Part shown: positions 42,769 to 53,109 of the stretch, piece after piece
Numbering within the stretch: the first letter of the stretch is position 1
Layout: the number at the start of each line of letters is the position of its first letter
Assembly (NCBI GenBank): GCA_965198115.1
Contig: OZ240241.1
Location: 4,320,001 to 4,384,000, forward strand
Direction of reading: 5' to 3'
DNA length: 64,000 bases
Source of the DNA: Candidatus Latescibacterota bacterium
GTDB taxonomy: Bacteria > Latescibacterota > UBA2968
Program-made: the position numbers and the translations under genes
The notes under the pieces: model-generated
Seen by the model: only the letters and a program-made list of their open reading frames with translations
Databases searched by the model: none
What the model was told of the DNA's origin: nothing

Positions 42769-43650
42769 TCATCCTCGCGAAAACAACCTCGCCTCCGCCG
42801 TTCCTCCCATGATCAGCTCACGTTCTTCCGCGCTCAGATCAGGCAGCTGCGCATCGATCACCTTCACCAGGTTGTCGTAACCCGGCTCTTCCAGAATCCA
42901 GGGGAAATCAGTCGCCCACATCAATCGATCTGCCTTGAAGTTCTTCAACAGAGTTTCGTGCCATCCCGACAGATCGTCGTAGGGGTACGGTTCTTTCGAG
43001 AACGCATACTGTCCTGACAGTTTGACACAAACGTTCGGGAAGAGATACTGTCCCAGCGTGTTGTAGCGTGTGACCGGCGGAATCGGCACATCGATCTGGG
43101 GTCGTCCCTTGTCGTCGTGGGTAAACGACCCTTCGCCGGGGCAGAAGGCCAGGTGATTGTAAACCACGGTCAGTTCCGGAAACGCTTCCATCAGATGCGG
43201 AACACAGTGATTCTCGGCCGCCGGCGGATACACCCAGATCACGTAATCTTTTTCAGCCGCGTGCTTCCAGACCGGATAGGTCTCGAACGTTCGCACATCG
43301 ATCGCGGCAAGCGGATCGCGCTCGCCCCCGATCTTGAACAGCCTGAACCCGATGATGCCACCGTCGCCCGCAAGCCGATCCATCTGGTCTTCGGGATGCT
43401 GGGGATCCGCAACCAACCCGATTCCCCGAAAGCGGTCGGGGTATTCCTTCAGGCATCGAAGTAAGTAAGCGTGATGCTCCATCTCGAGGCCGCCGATCTG
43501 AGTCAAGATCGCCTTCTCGATCCCGTTCGCTCCCATCGTATCCAGGAGCTTTTCCGCCGTCTCCTCCCGATCGGCTGGCGTATTGTCGCTCACCTCTCGC
43601 GGGAACTCGCTCGAAACCTTCGCAAACACGTGCACGTGCGCATCGATCAT
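42769..43650 (-). CDS. Amidohydrolase_2 family protein
   Basis: IDAHVHVF, NHLA, VKLSG, RLMWATDFPW, IMGGTA. Confidence 0.93.
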   Translation of the reverse strand: MIDAHVHVFAKVSSEFPREVSDNTPADREETAEKLLDTMGANGIEKAILTQIGGLEMEHHAYLLRCLKEYPDRFRGIGLVADPQHPEDQMDRLAGDGGIIGFRLFKIGGERDPLAAIDVRTFETYPVWKHAAEKDYVIWVYPPAAENHCVPHLMEAFPELTVVYNHLAFCPGEGSFTHDDKGRPQIDVPIPPVTRYNTLGQYLFPNVCVKLSGQYAFSKEPYPYDDLSGWHETLLKNFKADRLMWATDFPWILEEPGYDNLVKVIDAQLPDLSAEERELIMGGTAEARLFSRG

Positions 43651-43662
43651 GATTTTACTCGT

Positions 43663-43725
43663 TTCGCAGCCGTAGCGTGGGACTGAAGCCCCACGCTACG
43701 GCTGCGAAGCCCGGTGAACCGGGCT
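43663..43725. repeat. REP-like palindromes (19-bp perfect IR plus second hairpin)
   Basis: TTCGCAGCCGTAGCGTGGG-8nt-CCCACGCTACGGCTGCGAA, then AGCCCGGTGAACCGGGCT. Confidence 0.85.
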
Positions 43726-43817
43726 GAAGACAAGAGCAACCCCGTTGGCTCCAACCCCGAATAGGGCTACCAGGACGACATCGCACCTGCCTTCCGTGTC
43801 ATCTGTGTGGAGTTTAT

Positions 43818-43851
43818 CCCGAGTAGCTGCCGCAGGCAGCGTACCGAGGGG
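43818..43851. repeat. Short structured repeat CCYGAGTAG-stem-loop-CGTAYCGARGG, copy 1
   Basis: Matches 44764-44803 with a covarying inner stem. Confidence 0.7.
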
Positions 43852-43878
43852 TGGTTCATTCAGGTTTTCTCAGTGCCC

Positions 43879-44610
43879 TCAGTGGCCGCCGTGCATCGGC
43901 TCGAGACCAAACAGCTTGCGCCGATCCGACGTCGTGAGCCTATCCGCAATCGACGCATAGCGATCGGCGCCGATCTTGCCTTCGCTCCACTTCTCGTAGA
44001 TCAAGATGATCGACTTCCTCGCGATCCCCGTCGTGTTCACCATCGACGTGTGCCATCCGTAGGAATTGAACAGAATGGCGTCACCAGCCTTGCCCGGGAA
44101 GACCTTGTGGCCCGGCATTGCATTCAGAGGACTCGGTTTTGGACACGGTCCCGCATCCGGTTTATGACTCCCCGGTACGTAGCCGAAGGCGCCACCCTCC
44201 TTCGGCACGTCCTCGATGTAGATCTGCACTTTCATGTGAAGTGGCGTCGTGTGGGGAACATCCGGGTGCCAGCCCACGTAGCTGATCGGCTGTGCGGGCA
44301 AGGTGCGCACCTGGGGACCCAGGAGGATCAACTCGTCATCCGTGAAGTCCATCAGATACGGATACCACACCGGATGGTCGATCAGATCGATGAAGAAGTC
44401 GTCTCGTTCCAACGGATTTGGAATGTCGAAATGCGCAGCCGGCTTCGTGCCTTGTGCGATTCCCTCGAGCCATTCCGCTTTGCAGTCACGCGCGGCACGG
44501 TCGAACACATCCTGCAGTCGCTTCAGCTCTTCACATACCAGAGCCTGCTCGAACACCAGATACCCGTTTTCTTCCCAGAACACCCGCTCTCCAGCCGTTG
44601 GACCGCTCAA
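43879..44610 (-). CDS. Phytanoyl-CoA dioxygenase (PhyH) family protein
   Basis: WEENGYLVFE, WHPD, GAFGYVPGSH, AGDAILF..YGWH, RKS. Confidence 0.93.
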   Translation of the reverse strand: MSGPTAGERVFWEENGYLVFEQALVCEELKRLQDVFDRAARDCKAEWLEGIAQGTKPAAHFDIPNPLERDDFFIDLIDHPVWYPYLMDFTDDELILLGPQVRTLPAQPISYVGWHPDVPHTTPLHMKVQIYIEDVPKEGGAFGYVPGSHKPDAGPCPKPSPLNAMPGHKVFPGKAGDAILFNSYGWHTSMVNTTGIARKSIILIYEKWSEGKIGADRYASIADRLTTSDRRKLFGLEPMHGGH

Positions 44611-44763
44611 AGACGTTCCCCCTATGAATAGCCTATCTAACTTCTGTAACTGCCTGTCCCAGAGTGCGAGTTGATCAGAATCTTACGGGTTCAAGATGCT
44701 TTTTCGAACTCCCTCCCGGGCAGGGGCGCGAGATTCCTGGATTCGTCACCCTCTGTGTTCTCA

Positions 44764-44803
44764 GCCTGCCCTGAGTAGCCTGCGAAGCAGGCGTATCGAA
44801 GGG
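44764..44803. repeat. Short structured repeat, copy 2
   Basis: GCCTGCCCTGAGTAGCCTGCGAAGCAGGCGTATCGAAGGG. Confidence 0.7.
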
Positions 44804-44832
44804 TGTGCTCAGTGGCTGTCTTGTTTTTCACA

Positions 44833-47800
44833 TTACCGATAAACGATCAGCTTCTCTTTCGCCCGCACTTTCGAGTCAGCGGTCTCTGCCGTCACCGTGT
44901 AAAGGTATGTGCCATTCGCCGGGCGACGTCCATCCGAATCGAGACCGTCCCACGCAACCTGGTTATACCCCGCTCGGCTCGAAAGCACATCGATGACGCG
45001 TATCAGCCGACCGGCCAGCGTGAACACACGGACCGTCACGTCGGCCGGCTGTGACAGCACGAAGGTAAACGTCGTCGGCCCTTCCATCGGGTTGGGATAG
45101 TTCAACACACGCTCGATCGCCAGCTCGGACAGTACTTGGAAGGCCAGGGTCTTTGTCACGGGTCCGTTGCCGACGCGATCCGATGTCGTAATCGAAAGGA
45201 CGTAGGCATCGTCGCCGAGCGTCTCCGGCTGATACGTGAAAACATAAGACGTGGGGCTGATCACGCCCTCACCGACCTCTGCCGAGGGCAGCTGGACCGC
45301 CTGGTGGGATCCGTCGTTGGTGCCTCTGAGATCGATCGACGTCGCACGCTCGTCCACACCGCTCGAATCCGAAATGACGACCCGGAACGTCGTGGTGGCC
45401 GGCAGGTAGTCGTCGGCACGCACATCCCCGAGGGCGTCGACTGCCGAAATCTCGATGACCGGCGGCTGCTGATCCCCGGTTCCCAGAATTTCCACCGGTT
45501 CGTCCGCTTGAAGACGTGTCGCGAAGAACTGCGGTCGCCCCTGAACATCCTCGACCTGCACCGTCACCGTGTGGATACCGGGGAACTGACCCGTCTCCCA
45601 ACGGGTCTGGATGGTGCGTCGATTCCCGATCGGCGTGTCTTCGGGAATCGCAATGCGGCGAATCAGCCGCCCCGACGAAGGCGGCCCGGCGTAGAACGAC
45701 ACGGTCGTGCCGATCACCAGATCACTCGGACCCAGGTTCTGGACGTCGACCGCCAGGTCGATCGGCTCCAGTTCCACGACCGACGTAGCCGACTGGGTCA
45801 GATTCGACAGCCGAATCTCACTCACGGGCTCGTAACGGACTTCCCAACTCCCGAGCGAAGGCGTTCGGTTCAGCCCGGGTGCTGAAAGACGCAGGCGCAG
45901 ACGAACCCGCTCGATCGTCGAATCCAGACCCATCAGATCGATCGGCCCTCGAGGGTCCAGATCGGTCATCGAAGCAACCTCCAAGTAGAGACCCCCGGGG
46001 CCTTCACCTAGAACGTCCAGAAGCGCCTGCCTGTCCTGAGCGGAGTCGAAGGGCCCACCCTGAGCGGGGTCGAAAGGTCCGCCTGCGTCAGTTACAGCGA
46101 TGTCTGCCGAACCCCACGCCTGGGCAGGACCGATCGGCAGGGACAGGATCACACCTTCATCCGGCAGCCGTCGTCCCTCGTAGCGGATGATGCCGGGCCC
46201 GTTGAGCTGCCCCATCCAGACTTTGTCGTTCACCCAGTCATATTGTCCGGACAGGATGTCCGTCTCCCCCTGATCGCTCTCGAACTCCTCGATGAAACGA
46301 CCGTCCACCGCGCTCACGACGCGAACACGATGGTTCACACCCGTCCCGAACTCCACGAGGTAGAGGTAGTCTCCATCCGCGATCACGCCATCCGTGAACT
46401 GGTAGGCGAACCCGGTCGACGTCGGCTCGACCTTGAAGCTCCGCAGGAGCCGCCAGTCGTCCTCCGGCCGAAAGACCCGAACCGTCCAACCCCCCCGAGC
46501 GATGCCGTTCACGCCCCACGCCACGTTGTAGACATCCGTTCCGTCCGACGTGATCAGCGACGAGCCGTTGAACACCAATCCCGTTTCCACTTCCAGGAGC
46601 CCGTCGGGCACGGCCACTCGATCGACCTCACCCGTCTCGGGACGAATACGCAAAAGCTCTCCCGACAATCGAATGTCGGCGTAAAGGAAACCGTCCCCGT
46701 GGAAGGTTGCAGAGGTTGTTTCAACCGGCACATCGGTCACGGGCCCCAGGTTCTGACCCGCCACGGTGCCGTTCAACCCCGTGCCGATTCGGATGAAGGT
46801 TTCGGGCGAGGGATAGAGACCGGCCGAGGAGAAGAAACCGGTCGCGTAAATGAACGTGCCGTCCGTCGCCAGGATAGCCGTGCCCGGTGTCCCCTCCGCC
46901 TCGAAAATGGCTTCCCGACGTTCGGCATCCAGCCGAAGCGTCAGCGGCTTCGTCGTTCTCCCAAGCGTCCCGTCCGCGTAGGTCTCGATCGTGTTGTCCG
47001 TCTGAATCTGGATCGCTGATTGGCGCCATAGAATCTCACGCTCCGGCAACGCCCCCTCGAGTCCGAAACTTCGCGGCGTCGTCCACGCGCCGGCATCGCC
47101 GCCGTCCAGCAGACGTCCCCGCCAGTACCAGATTCCGTCTTCCAGACCCGACGGCCGATAGATGACCACCTCGCCCTCGCCTGTCACCTCGCCCGATCGG
47201 ACCACCTCATTTCCCTCGAAGGACGCGTCGCGTGCCACCTCGAACTCTGCCGTGAGAGATGTCGCCGCCTGAGATCCGGTGCGGACACCAAGCCGGACGT
47301 CGTTCGGTGAAACACCCTGACTCTCGAGCGGAAACAGCGGAAGGGCGCTCAGGGCCCCGAATACTTCCACGTCACGAGACGCAGTATTGTCGGTCGGATC
47401 GGTATCGCCCGTTCTCGAGTCTGGATCAATCAGCGCATCCAGCCGATGACGGCCGGCGCGCCCTTCCAACGGCCACGCCACGACCAGACGCTCGGTCTGC
47501 CCGAAAGGCGGCAGGGTGCCTGCGAACAACGTGTCGACGCTGCCCTGATCCAGGTTGCGGTCGATCAGGAACACATCGACCGGTTCGCTCGGCAGAATGC
47601 CCTCATTCACGATGCTCAACTCGACACGAGCCGTGTCTGCTGCAGCCAGAATGCCCTCGGGGGCTACCGTCAGCGTCGTTTCGTCGACGGCGAAGTCCGG
47701 GCCCCCGGGAACACGCAGGTTCTGCGCCGGATCACCGATCAGCATCATCATCACCGTGCTGTTGTCACTGCCCGGCCGCTGCGTCAGCAGATCCGTCTTG

Positions 47801-50631
47801 GCCAGTGCCACCGCCGCCCCGAACGACGTCACACCTTCGCGGAAAAACAGCCGGAACATCGAATCGTTGATGAAATTGTTCGTAAAGATGAACGCGAGGG
47901 AGGACGCAGACAGGTAAGCGATCGCCCCACCGTTGGATTTGTTCGTCAGCTCCTCAGCGAAACAGATCAACGTCGGTTCCGAATACAGGGCGTTCAGACA
48001 CGACATTCCGACTACGACCGGAAGTTTGTCCTCGTTCTGAATCTGACCCGTGTAGTCGAAGCCGATTTGCTGAAAGACCCCCGAAAGGTAACCCTGCATC
48101 GTCGCCGCGCTGCCGTGACCCATGAAATTCACGATGAGCCGTCCCTCGTTCCACTGACGGATGACTTCACTCGAACTTTCGTTCGGAGCAGGCGGTGTGT
48201 CAGCGTCGTGATACACGCGAAAAGTCTCCAGCCCGAACGGCTCCGTATACTGCTCGATCAGGTTCTCGCTGTCCGCGATGAACAGACCGTCGCCCAGGGC
48301 GAGGTCCCAGTTGGCCATATAGAGCACCTTGTCCCGCCAGGCCGCTTCTTCTCCCTGGTCGTAACCGATCACCTTCTGCACGACCGTGTTCGCCTCGAGC
48401 GAACTGTTCACCGAAAAGCGCCCGACCCAGACATCCATGAACGGATCGTCACCCGCGACCGCCCCGAAGAAGTGATCCGTGTAGGCGATCCCGCGTCGAA
48501 TCGACTGAAATCTCATAGACGGAACGAGCGAGCGCCGTCTGAACCGCGCTTCGTCCATCAGATCACGATAGTCGAACGTATGGCGACCCATCAGCAGCAG
48601 ATACGTCGGACGTTCCAGCCACGTGGCGTAGGCGTGCAGCATAAAGTCGCGAATGGCCGTTTCGGTCAGGTGGCCGTGGGCGAACTCGTCGAAGATATCC
48701 TGAACGTCGACGATCATCGCGGTCAACCCCTCCGCACGACGGTGCTCAGCCAGCTGTTCCGAATGAACCTTGAACATCCCGTGCGTCACGATCACGTAGG
48801 CCGCACCCTGGCTTCCACGGAGGTCTGAACTCTCGTCCCGCTCTCCAGGGGGCGCGGGCTGAATCGCAGCCTCGTCGAACACGACGTAGGTGCCAGCGGA
48901 CCCGACTGCGAATCGGGCGACGAACTTCCCGCCATCCGCTGCTACGGCGACGTTCGTCAGCACCACTCCTCGGTCCCGATCCAGAACCGTAATGGCCTCG
49001 CTCCGCAGATCGACCACGTTGACGGCGCTGCCCGTCTCGGGCCCCGCGATACTGAACCGTAAAGCCCCATCCACGACCGTGAACGCACGGGGGTAGCTCA
49101 CCGCAATCCAGTTCAGCAGCACATTGTCGACATACGGCAACGCCAGAGGATCCGACGGGAAATAGCTCGGGTCGCCTGGTGTCGACAGCGTCACACGAAG
49201 AGTATCCCCCAGGCCGCTCGGTTCGATCTCGCCTTCAGCGATGAACAAGTCGGACCCGTCCCACGCATCTTCACTCACAACCACGCTGTCGTCTACCACG
49301 ATCCGGGTTCGATGATCGGGATCCAGATCCTGACGTGACGTCAGTCCGTGCATCGAAACGCGGACACTCACACTCCCGCCATTCGTCGTCACGATGCCCG
49401 GGAGCGCGATCTCCTGTACCGCATCGAACTGTGTGGCGCCCGGTGCCGACGGCGATGCCGTACGGGGGCCGAACCAGTGGTCTCGTTCGGCGTCGGGTGC
49501 GTTTCCCAGCCGCTCGTAGATCGAATCGACTTCCGCGTGCGCCGAACCCGGGAACGTGAGCGCCTCCGGAAGTGGATCATCGACGGACCCATCCTCGGCG
49601 GAATACCGTCGCCCGTTCGTCTGCCCGATGCGTAACCAGTAAACCCGTCCCCGCCCCTGATGGTTCTCGAAGTCCCGGTCGGGCTCCCTTCGGAAGCGAC
49701 CGTAGAAAATAGCACGATCCCCTTCTCCGAGGATCCCGTCCCCGTCGTCCCGAACCAGCAACGGCTCCTCCACGCCATCCACGAAGACCTGAAGTCGGTC
49801 GAGGTCATCGGGCACGAGGGACAGACCTGCCGCGTCGAACCAAGCTGCGTCCAACGCGTAAGCACCGTCTTCCGTAACCTGGATCTTGTACCAGTCCGAC
49901 AGAGGATCGTACCAATCACCCACCTGTTTGGTCGCCGGCGTCACTCGGCGACGCCAACGCCGGGCAGACTCGTAGTTCAACAACGACGCCCGGTAGCTCG
50001 CCTCGAACGGATGGGTTGGCGATTCGTCGGAAGGGGTCAGGATGGTGGGACGTCGGAGAGTCGGCGTGAACGAAAGACGCACCGTCATCCGCTGGGCAAT
50101 GCGGAGTGCCCGGCGAACGGGATGGTACTGAATCGGGCGAATCGACAGCGAGACCACCCGTTGGTCGCGAAGCATCCCGATTCGGGTTACCAGGACCGGC
50201 TCCTCGGGCAGAAATCCATCGGTCGAGTAGACATCCCGGCGTGCACGGTAAGAGACACCCCCGACGACACCCAGATCGCGTCCCCGGACCTTCACATCCG
50301 GCACAGGATGAACATCGATTTCCTCGATCGAATCGTAACGGACATCGAGGACGGTCGCCTGGACGTTCACACCGAATGGGACACCGACCAGCGCCCCGAC
50401 CTCGGGAATCGACGGGTGCCCCGGGAGATCCGGGGGAACGCCGCCCGCGACAGAGACCCGGTAATACGGACGGCCATCGAGCGTCACCCCCGAAATGTCG
50501 TAGCCGACTGCTGTCACTTCCAGCGTCACCCCCGTATCGTCGGACGCGACAACACGCGGCCTCGCACTCTGGGCGAGCACGGATCCGATCGGGATCAGAA
50601 CCAGCAGACACACTTTGAAAAGGATCTTCAT
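44833..50631 (-). CDS. C25 family (gingipain/PorU-like) cysteine peptidase, 1932 aa, with propeptide, CARDB-like and FlgD/T9SS-CTD-like domains
   Basis: Signal peptide; YVIVTH, VDVQDIFDEF, YLLLMG, VGRF, catalytic FMGHGS and SCLN; tail VLNYPNP...WDGLD...NGTYLY...KEKLIVYR. Confidence 0.9.
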   Translation of the reverse strand: MKILFKVCLLVLIPIGSVLAQSARPRVVASDDTGVTLEVTAVGYDISGVTLDGRPYYRVSVAGGVPPDLPGHPSIPEVGALVGVPFGVNVQATVLDVRYDSIEEIDVHPVPDVKVRGRDLGVVGGVSYRARRDVYSTDGFLPEEPVLVTRIGMLRDQRVVSLSIRPIQYHPVRRALRIAQRMTVRLSFTPTLRRPTILTPSDESPTHPFEASYRASLLNYESARRWRRRVTPATKQVGDWYDPLSDWYKIQVTEDGAYALDAAWFDAAGLSLVPDDLDRLQVFVDGVEEPLLVRDDGDGILGEGDRAIFYGRFRREPDRDFENHQGRGRVYWLRIGQTNGRRYSAEDGSVDDPLPEALTFPGSAHAEVDSIYERLGNAPDAERDHWFGPRTASPSAPGATQFDAVQEIALPGIVTTNGGSVSVRVSMHGLTSRQDLDPDHRTRIVVDDSVVVSEDAWDGSDLFIAEGEIEPSGLGDTLRVTLSTPGDPSYFPSDPLALPYVDNVLLNWIAVSYPRAFTVVDGALRFSIAGPETGSAVNVVDLRSEAITVLDRDRGVVLTNVAVAADGGKFVARFAVGSAGTYVVFDEAAIQPAPPGERDESSDLRGSQGAAYVIVTHGMFKVHSEQLAEHRRAEGLTAMIVDVQDIFDEFAHGHLTETAIRDFMLHAYATWLERPTYLLLMGRHTFDYRDLMDEARFRRRSLVPSMRFQSIRRGIAYTDHFFGAVAGDDPFMDVWVGRFSVNSSLEANTVVQKVIGYDQGEEAAWRDKVLYMANWDLALGDGLFIADSENLIEQYTEPFGLETFRVYHDADTPPAPNESSSEVIRQWNEGRLIVNFMGHGSAATMQGYLSGVFQQIGFDYTGQIQNEDKLPVVVGMSCLNALYSEPTLICFAEELTNKSNGGAIAYLSASSLAFIFTNNFINDSMFRLFFREGVTSFGAAVALAKTDLLTQRPGSDNSTVMMMLIGDPAQNLRVPGGPDFAVDETTLTVAPEGILAAADTARVELSIVNEGILPSEPVDVFLIDRNLDQGSVDTLFAGTLPPFGQTERLVVAWPLEGRAGRHRLDALIDPDSRTGDTDPTDNTASRDVEVFGALSALPLFPLESQGVSPNDVRLGVRTGSQAATSLTAEFEVARDASFEGNEVVRSGEVTGEGEVVIYRPSGLEDGIWYWRGRLLDGGDAGAWTTPRSFGLEGALPEREILWRQSAIQIQTDNTIETYADGTLGRTTKPLTLRLDAERREAIFEAEGTPGTAILATDGTFIYATGFFSSAGLYPSPETFIRIGTGLNGTVAGQNLGPVTDVPVETTSATFHGDGFLYADIRLSGELLRIRPETGEVDRVAVPDGLLEVETGLVFNGSSLITSDGTDVYNVAWGVNGIARGGWTVRVFRPEDDWRLLRSFKVEPTSTGFAYQFTDGVIADGDYLYLVEFGTGVNHRVRVVSAVDGRFIEEFESDQGETDILSGQYDWVNDKVWMGQLNGPGIIRYEGRRLPDEGVILSLPIGPAQAWGSADIAVTDAGGPFDPAQGGPFDSAQDRQALLDVLGEGPGGLYLEVASMTDLDPRGPIDLMGLDSTIERVRLRLRLSAPGLNRTPSLGSWEVRYEPVSEIRLSNLTQSATSVVELEPIDLAVDVQNLGPSDLVIGTTVSFYAGPPSSGRLIRRIAIPEDTPIGNRRTIQTRWETGQFPGIHTVTVQVEDVQGRPQFFATRLQADEPVEILGTGDQQPPVIEISAVDALGDVRADDYLPATTTFRVVISDSSGVDERATSIDLRGTNDGSHQAVQLPSAEVGEGVISPTSYVFTYQPETLGDDAYVLSITTSDRVGNGPVTKTLAFQVLSELAIERVLNYPNPMEGPTTFTFVLSQPADVTVRVFTLAGRLIRVIDVLSSRAGYNQVAWDGLDSDGRRPANGTYLYTVTAETADSKVRAKEKLIVYR

Positions 50632-50731
50632 GCGATCGTCACGGGTGTGAAAAAACCGGCATCCACGAGGACCCCGGCGGTTCAGGCATTTAAGCATAAT
50701 CGAAAAGGGTCGGCAAGAGTTCGCGTACAGC

Positions 50732-50763
50732 AAAAAGGCCCGGAACCGTGTGGCTCCGGGCCT
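50732..50763 (-). terminator. Rho-independent terminator after the epimerase gene
   Basis: AGGCCCGGAGCC-ACAC-GGTTCCGGGCC-TTTTT. Confidence 0.85.
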
Positions 50764-50779
50764 GAGAACGCCAGATCCC

Positions 50780-51754
50780 TCAGGATTCGTAGTATTCGAT
50801 GATCTTTCTCAACGTCAGGTCCAGACTCACCTGCGGTTCGTAGCCCACAGCGCCGTGAATTTTGGTCAAGTCCGGGACTCGATAGTTGAGATCCTCGTAG
50901 GACCCCTTCGCGAACGCCTTTTCATAGGGCACGTATTCGATCGGCGAGTCGCTCTCGGTCAGCTCCTTGACCCGATGGGCCAGCTTCTTGATGCTGATTT
51001 CGTTCGTTTCGGCGTTTCCGCCCAGGTTGAAGATCTCACCCGGCGTGTTGGGGTGCTCGGCAAGCGCGACGAGACCGTCCAGAGCATCCTCGATGTCCGT
51101 AAAGCATCTTTTCTGCTCGCCGTCGTTGTAAACCGTGATCGGGTGACCCAGCAGGGCTTGCTTGATAAAACGCGGAACCACCATCCCGTAGTTGGGCGAT
51201 TGGCGCGGGCCGATGACGTTGAAGAAACGCACGATCACGGCGGGGACTTTTTTCTCGCGCCAGTAGGCCAGCCCCAACATCTCGTCCACCGCCTTAGACG
51301 TCGAGTAGATCCATCGCGTCACCGTCGTCGGACCCAGTAGCCGGTCGTCGTCCTCCGAAAAACTGGCCTTACCGTTCTTTTTTCCCGCGACTTCCGACGT
51401 CGAAGCGAGAATGACGCGCTGCTTCCGCTTGTTCACCAGCTCCAGCAGGATCTCTGTCCCGCGAATGTTCGTCATCAGGGCGTGCAGGGGATTGTCGATC
51501 ACATAGTTCACCCCGACGGCAGCTGCCAGATGGAAAATCACATCCGCGTCTTCCACGAGCGGGGCGAGCGCATCGTGATCCAGAACGGTCCCAACCTTCA
51601 TCTTGAACCGGCAGTCATCCTCCAGATGCCGGACATTGTCCAAATCCCCCGTCGACAGATCGTCGAACACCGTCACTTCGTGGCCGGTTTTCAAAAGCCG
51701 CTCGCCCAGGTGGGACCCGATAAATCCGGCACCCCCCGTGATCAAGATCTTCAT
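50780..51754 (-). CDS. NAD-dependent epimerase/dehydratase (UDP-sugar)
   Basis: ITGGAGFIGSHL, FHLAAAVGV, YSTSK, RFFNVIGPRQ. Confidence 0.95.
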   Translation of the reverse strand: MKILITGGAGFIGSHLGERLLKTGHEVTVFDDLSTGDLDNVRHLEDDCRFKMKVGTVLDHDALAPLVEDADVIFHLAAAVGVNYVIDNPLHALMTNIRGTEILLELVNKRKQRVILASTSEVAGKKNGKASFSEDDDRLLGPTTVTRWIYSTSKAVDEMLGLAYWREKKVPAVIVRFFNVIGPRQSPNYGMVVPRFIKQALLGHPITVYNDGEQKRCFTDIEDALDGLVALAEHPNTPGEIFNLGGNAETNEISIKKLAHRVKELTESDSPIEYVPYEKAFAKGSYEDLNYRVPDLTKIHGAVGYEPQVSLDLTLRKIIEYYES

Positions 51755-51996
51755 TCTGATCCCTTCCCCCACAATGGCCGGACATCGCCACGGCATACGA
51801 CAGATTCACACCAGAAAGAGCGCGAGACCTCGCGTCGACAAGGGCATCACGGCCGTGAACGACGGCGCGCGGGGTCACACGAAACCTGCAAAAGCGCCGG
51901 CCGATGGACCGACAACGGGCTGCCAAACCCACCTAATGTAGGCTCGGTTCCCCTCAGATGCAACACAATCGCGTAGAACCCTGAAAAAACTGCGAT

Positions 51997-53109
51997 TTAG
52001 GCTCGCTTTTCGAACCTGGTTGGGGCCCGGGATGCCCCCCCGACCGAGGAAAAGAGTGAAAAAAGGCGATCGGCCGCTCGGTCGAGCGCGTAGCACCTTT
52101 CCATCTTGCTGCGTCCGGCTCGCCCCATTTTCCGGCGCAACGCCGCGTCATTGATCAGGCCGTTCAGGTGGCTCACCCACTCGGCACCCGAGGACGCCAG
52201 GAAGCCGCTGACCCCGTGGTCGACCAGCCGGGAATTCACCCCCACCGGCGATGCCACCACGGGCAACCCCATCGCCGAATACTGGAGAATCTTGTAGCCG
52301 CCTTTTCCCTGTGTCCACGGATTGTCCGGAAGCGGCATCAACCCGATGTCGAACGTCCTGAGATCGGCGACCTCCGTCTCCAGCGACCACTCTCGCTCGT
52401 CGACGGTCAGCCGTCCGAATTGAAGTCCCGAAGCGCCGACGATTCGCAGTACGAGCCCGGGATGCTGGTCTGCCAGCGTCTCGAGCGGCCCCCGTATCAG
52501 CTCGATATACTCGGCTGTAGAGGGACTACCGATCCATCCTATGACGACCGACGCTCCGTCTTCTCTAAGACCGGGATTGTAGCGTCGCGTGTCGATCGGA
52601 CCCGTGATAACCGTGGTCGACGTGCCACATCGTTCCGCATACCCTGCGGTGTACTCATTTTCGACAACGGCGTGCGCCGCCGCCGCCAGCACGGGCCCGA
52701 GCGATCGACCGTGGAACCAGCTCCTCAAACGCTCCAGACCCGTAGCCTCCACGCGCTCGGTCGTGAAGATCGCGTCATCGAAATCGTAGATGACCTTGTG
52801 TCGATGCCGACGCAGCAGAGTCGGAAGGGGAAAAGGGAAGAGAACGCGCTGGATGAAAATCACGTCGTAACAGGACGCACGAACTACCGTGCGCGTCCCT
52901 GCCTTCAGGTAGAGCCAGATGACAGTCACGTAGTACCAGAGCTTCCAGAAACGTCCGCGATCCACGCCCTTCGCATAGACCGAATCCGCTACAACGACCT
53001 TGACGTCGGGCTCCAGACCGCGGTCCCGCAGCAGCGGGAGATACTGAAACACACGTGTCCGACTGGCGGGATCACGAATACCGCTGCTCGCCAGAAAGAG
53101 AGCCTTCAT
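51997..53109 (-). CDS. Glycosyltransferase family 4
   Basis: IYDFDDAIF, IGWIGS, DIGLMPL..GKGGYKILQY.AMGLPVVASPVG. Confidence 0.93.
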   Translation of the reverse strand: MKALFLASSGIRDPASRTRVFQYLPLLRDRGLEPDVKVVVADSVYAKGVDRGRFWKLWYYVTVIWLYLKAGTRTVVRASCYDVIFIQRVLFPFPLPTLLRRHRHKVIYDFDDAIFTTERVEATGLERLRSWFHGRSLGPVLAAAAHAVVENEYTAGYAERCGTSTTVITGPIDTRRYNPGLREDGASVVIGWIGSPSTAEYIELIRGPLETLADQHPGLVLRIVGASGLQFGRLTVDEREWSLETEVADLRTFDIGLMPLPDNPWTQGKGGYKILQYSAMGLPVVASPVGVNSRLVDHGVSGFLASSGAEWVSHLNGLINDAALRRKMGRAGRSKMERCYALDRAADRLFSLFSSVGGASRAPTRFEKRA

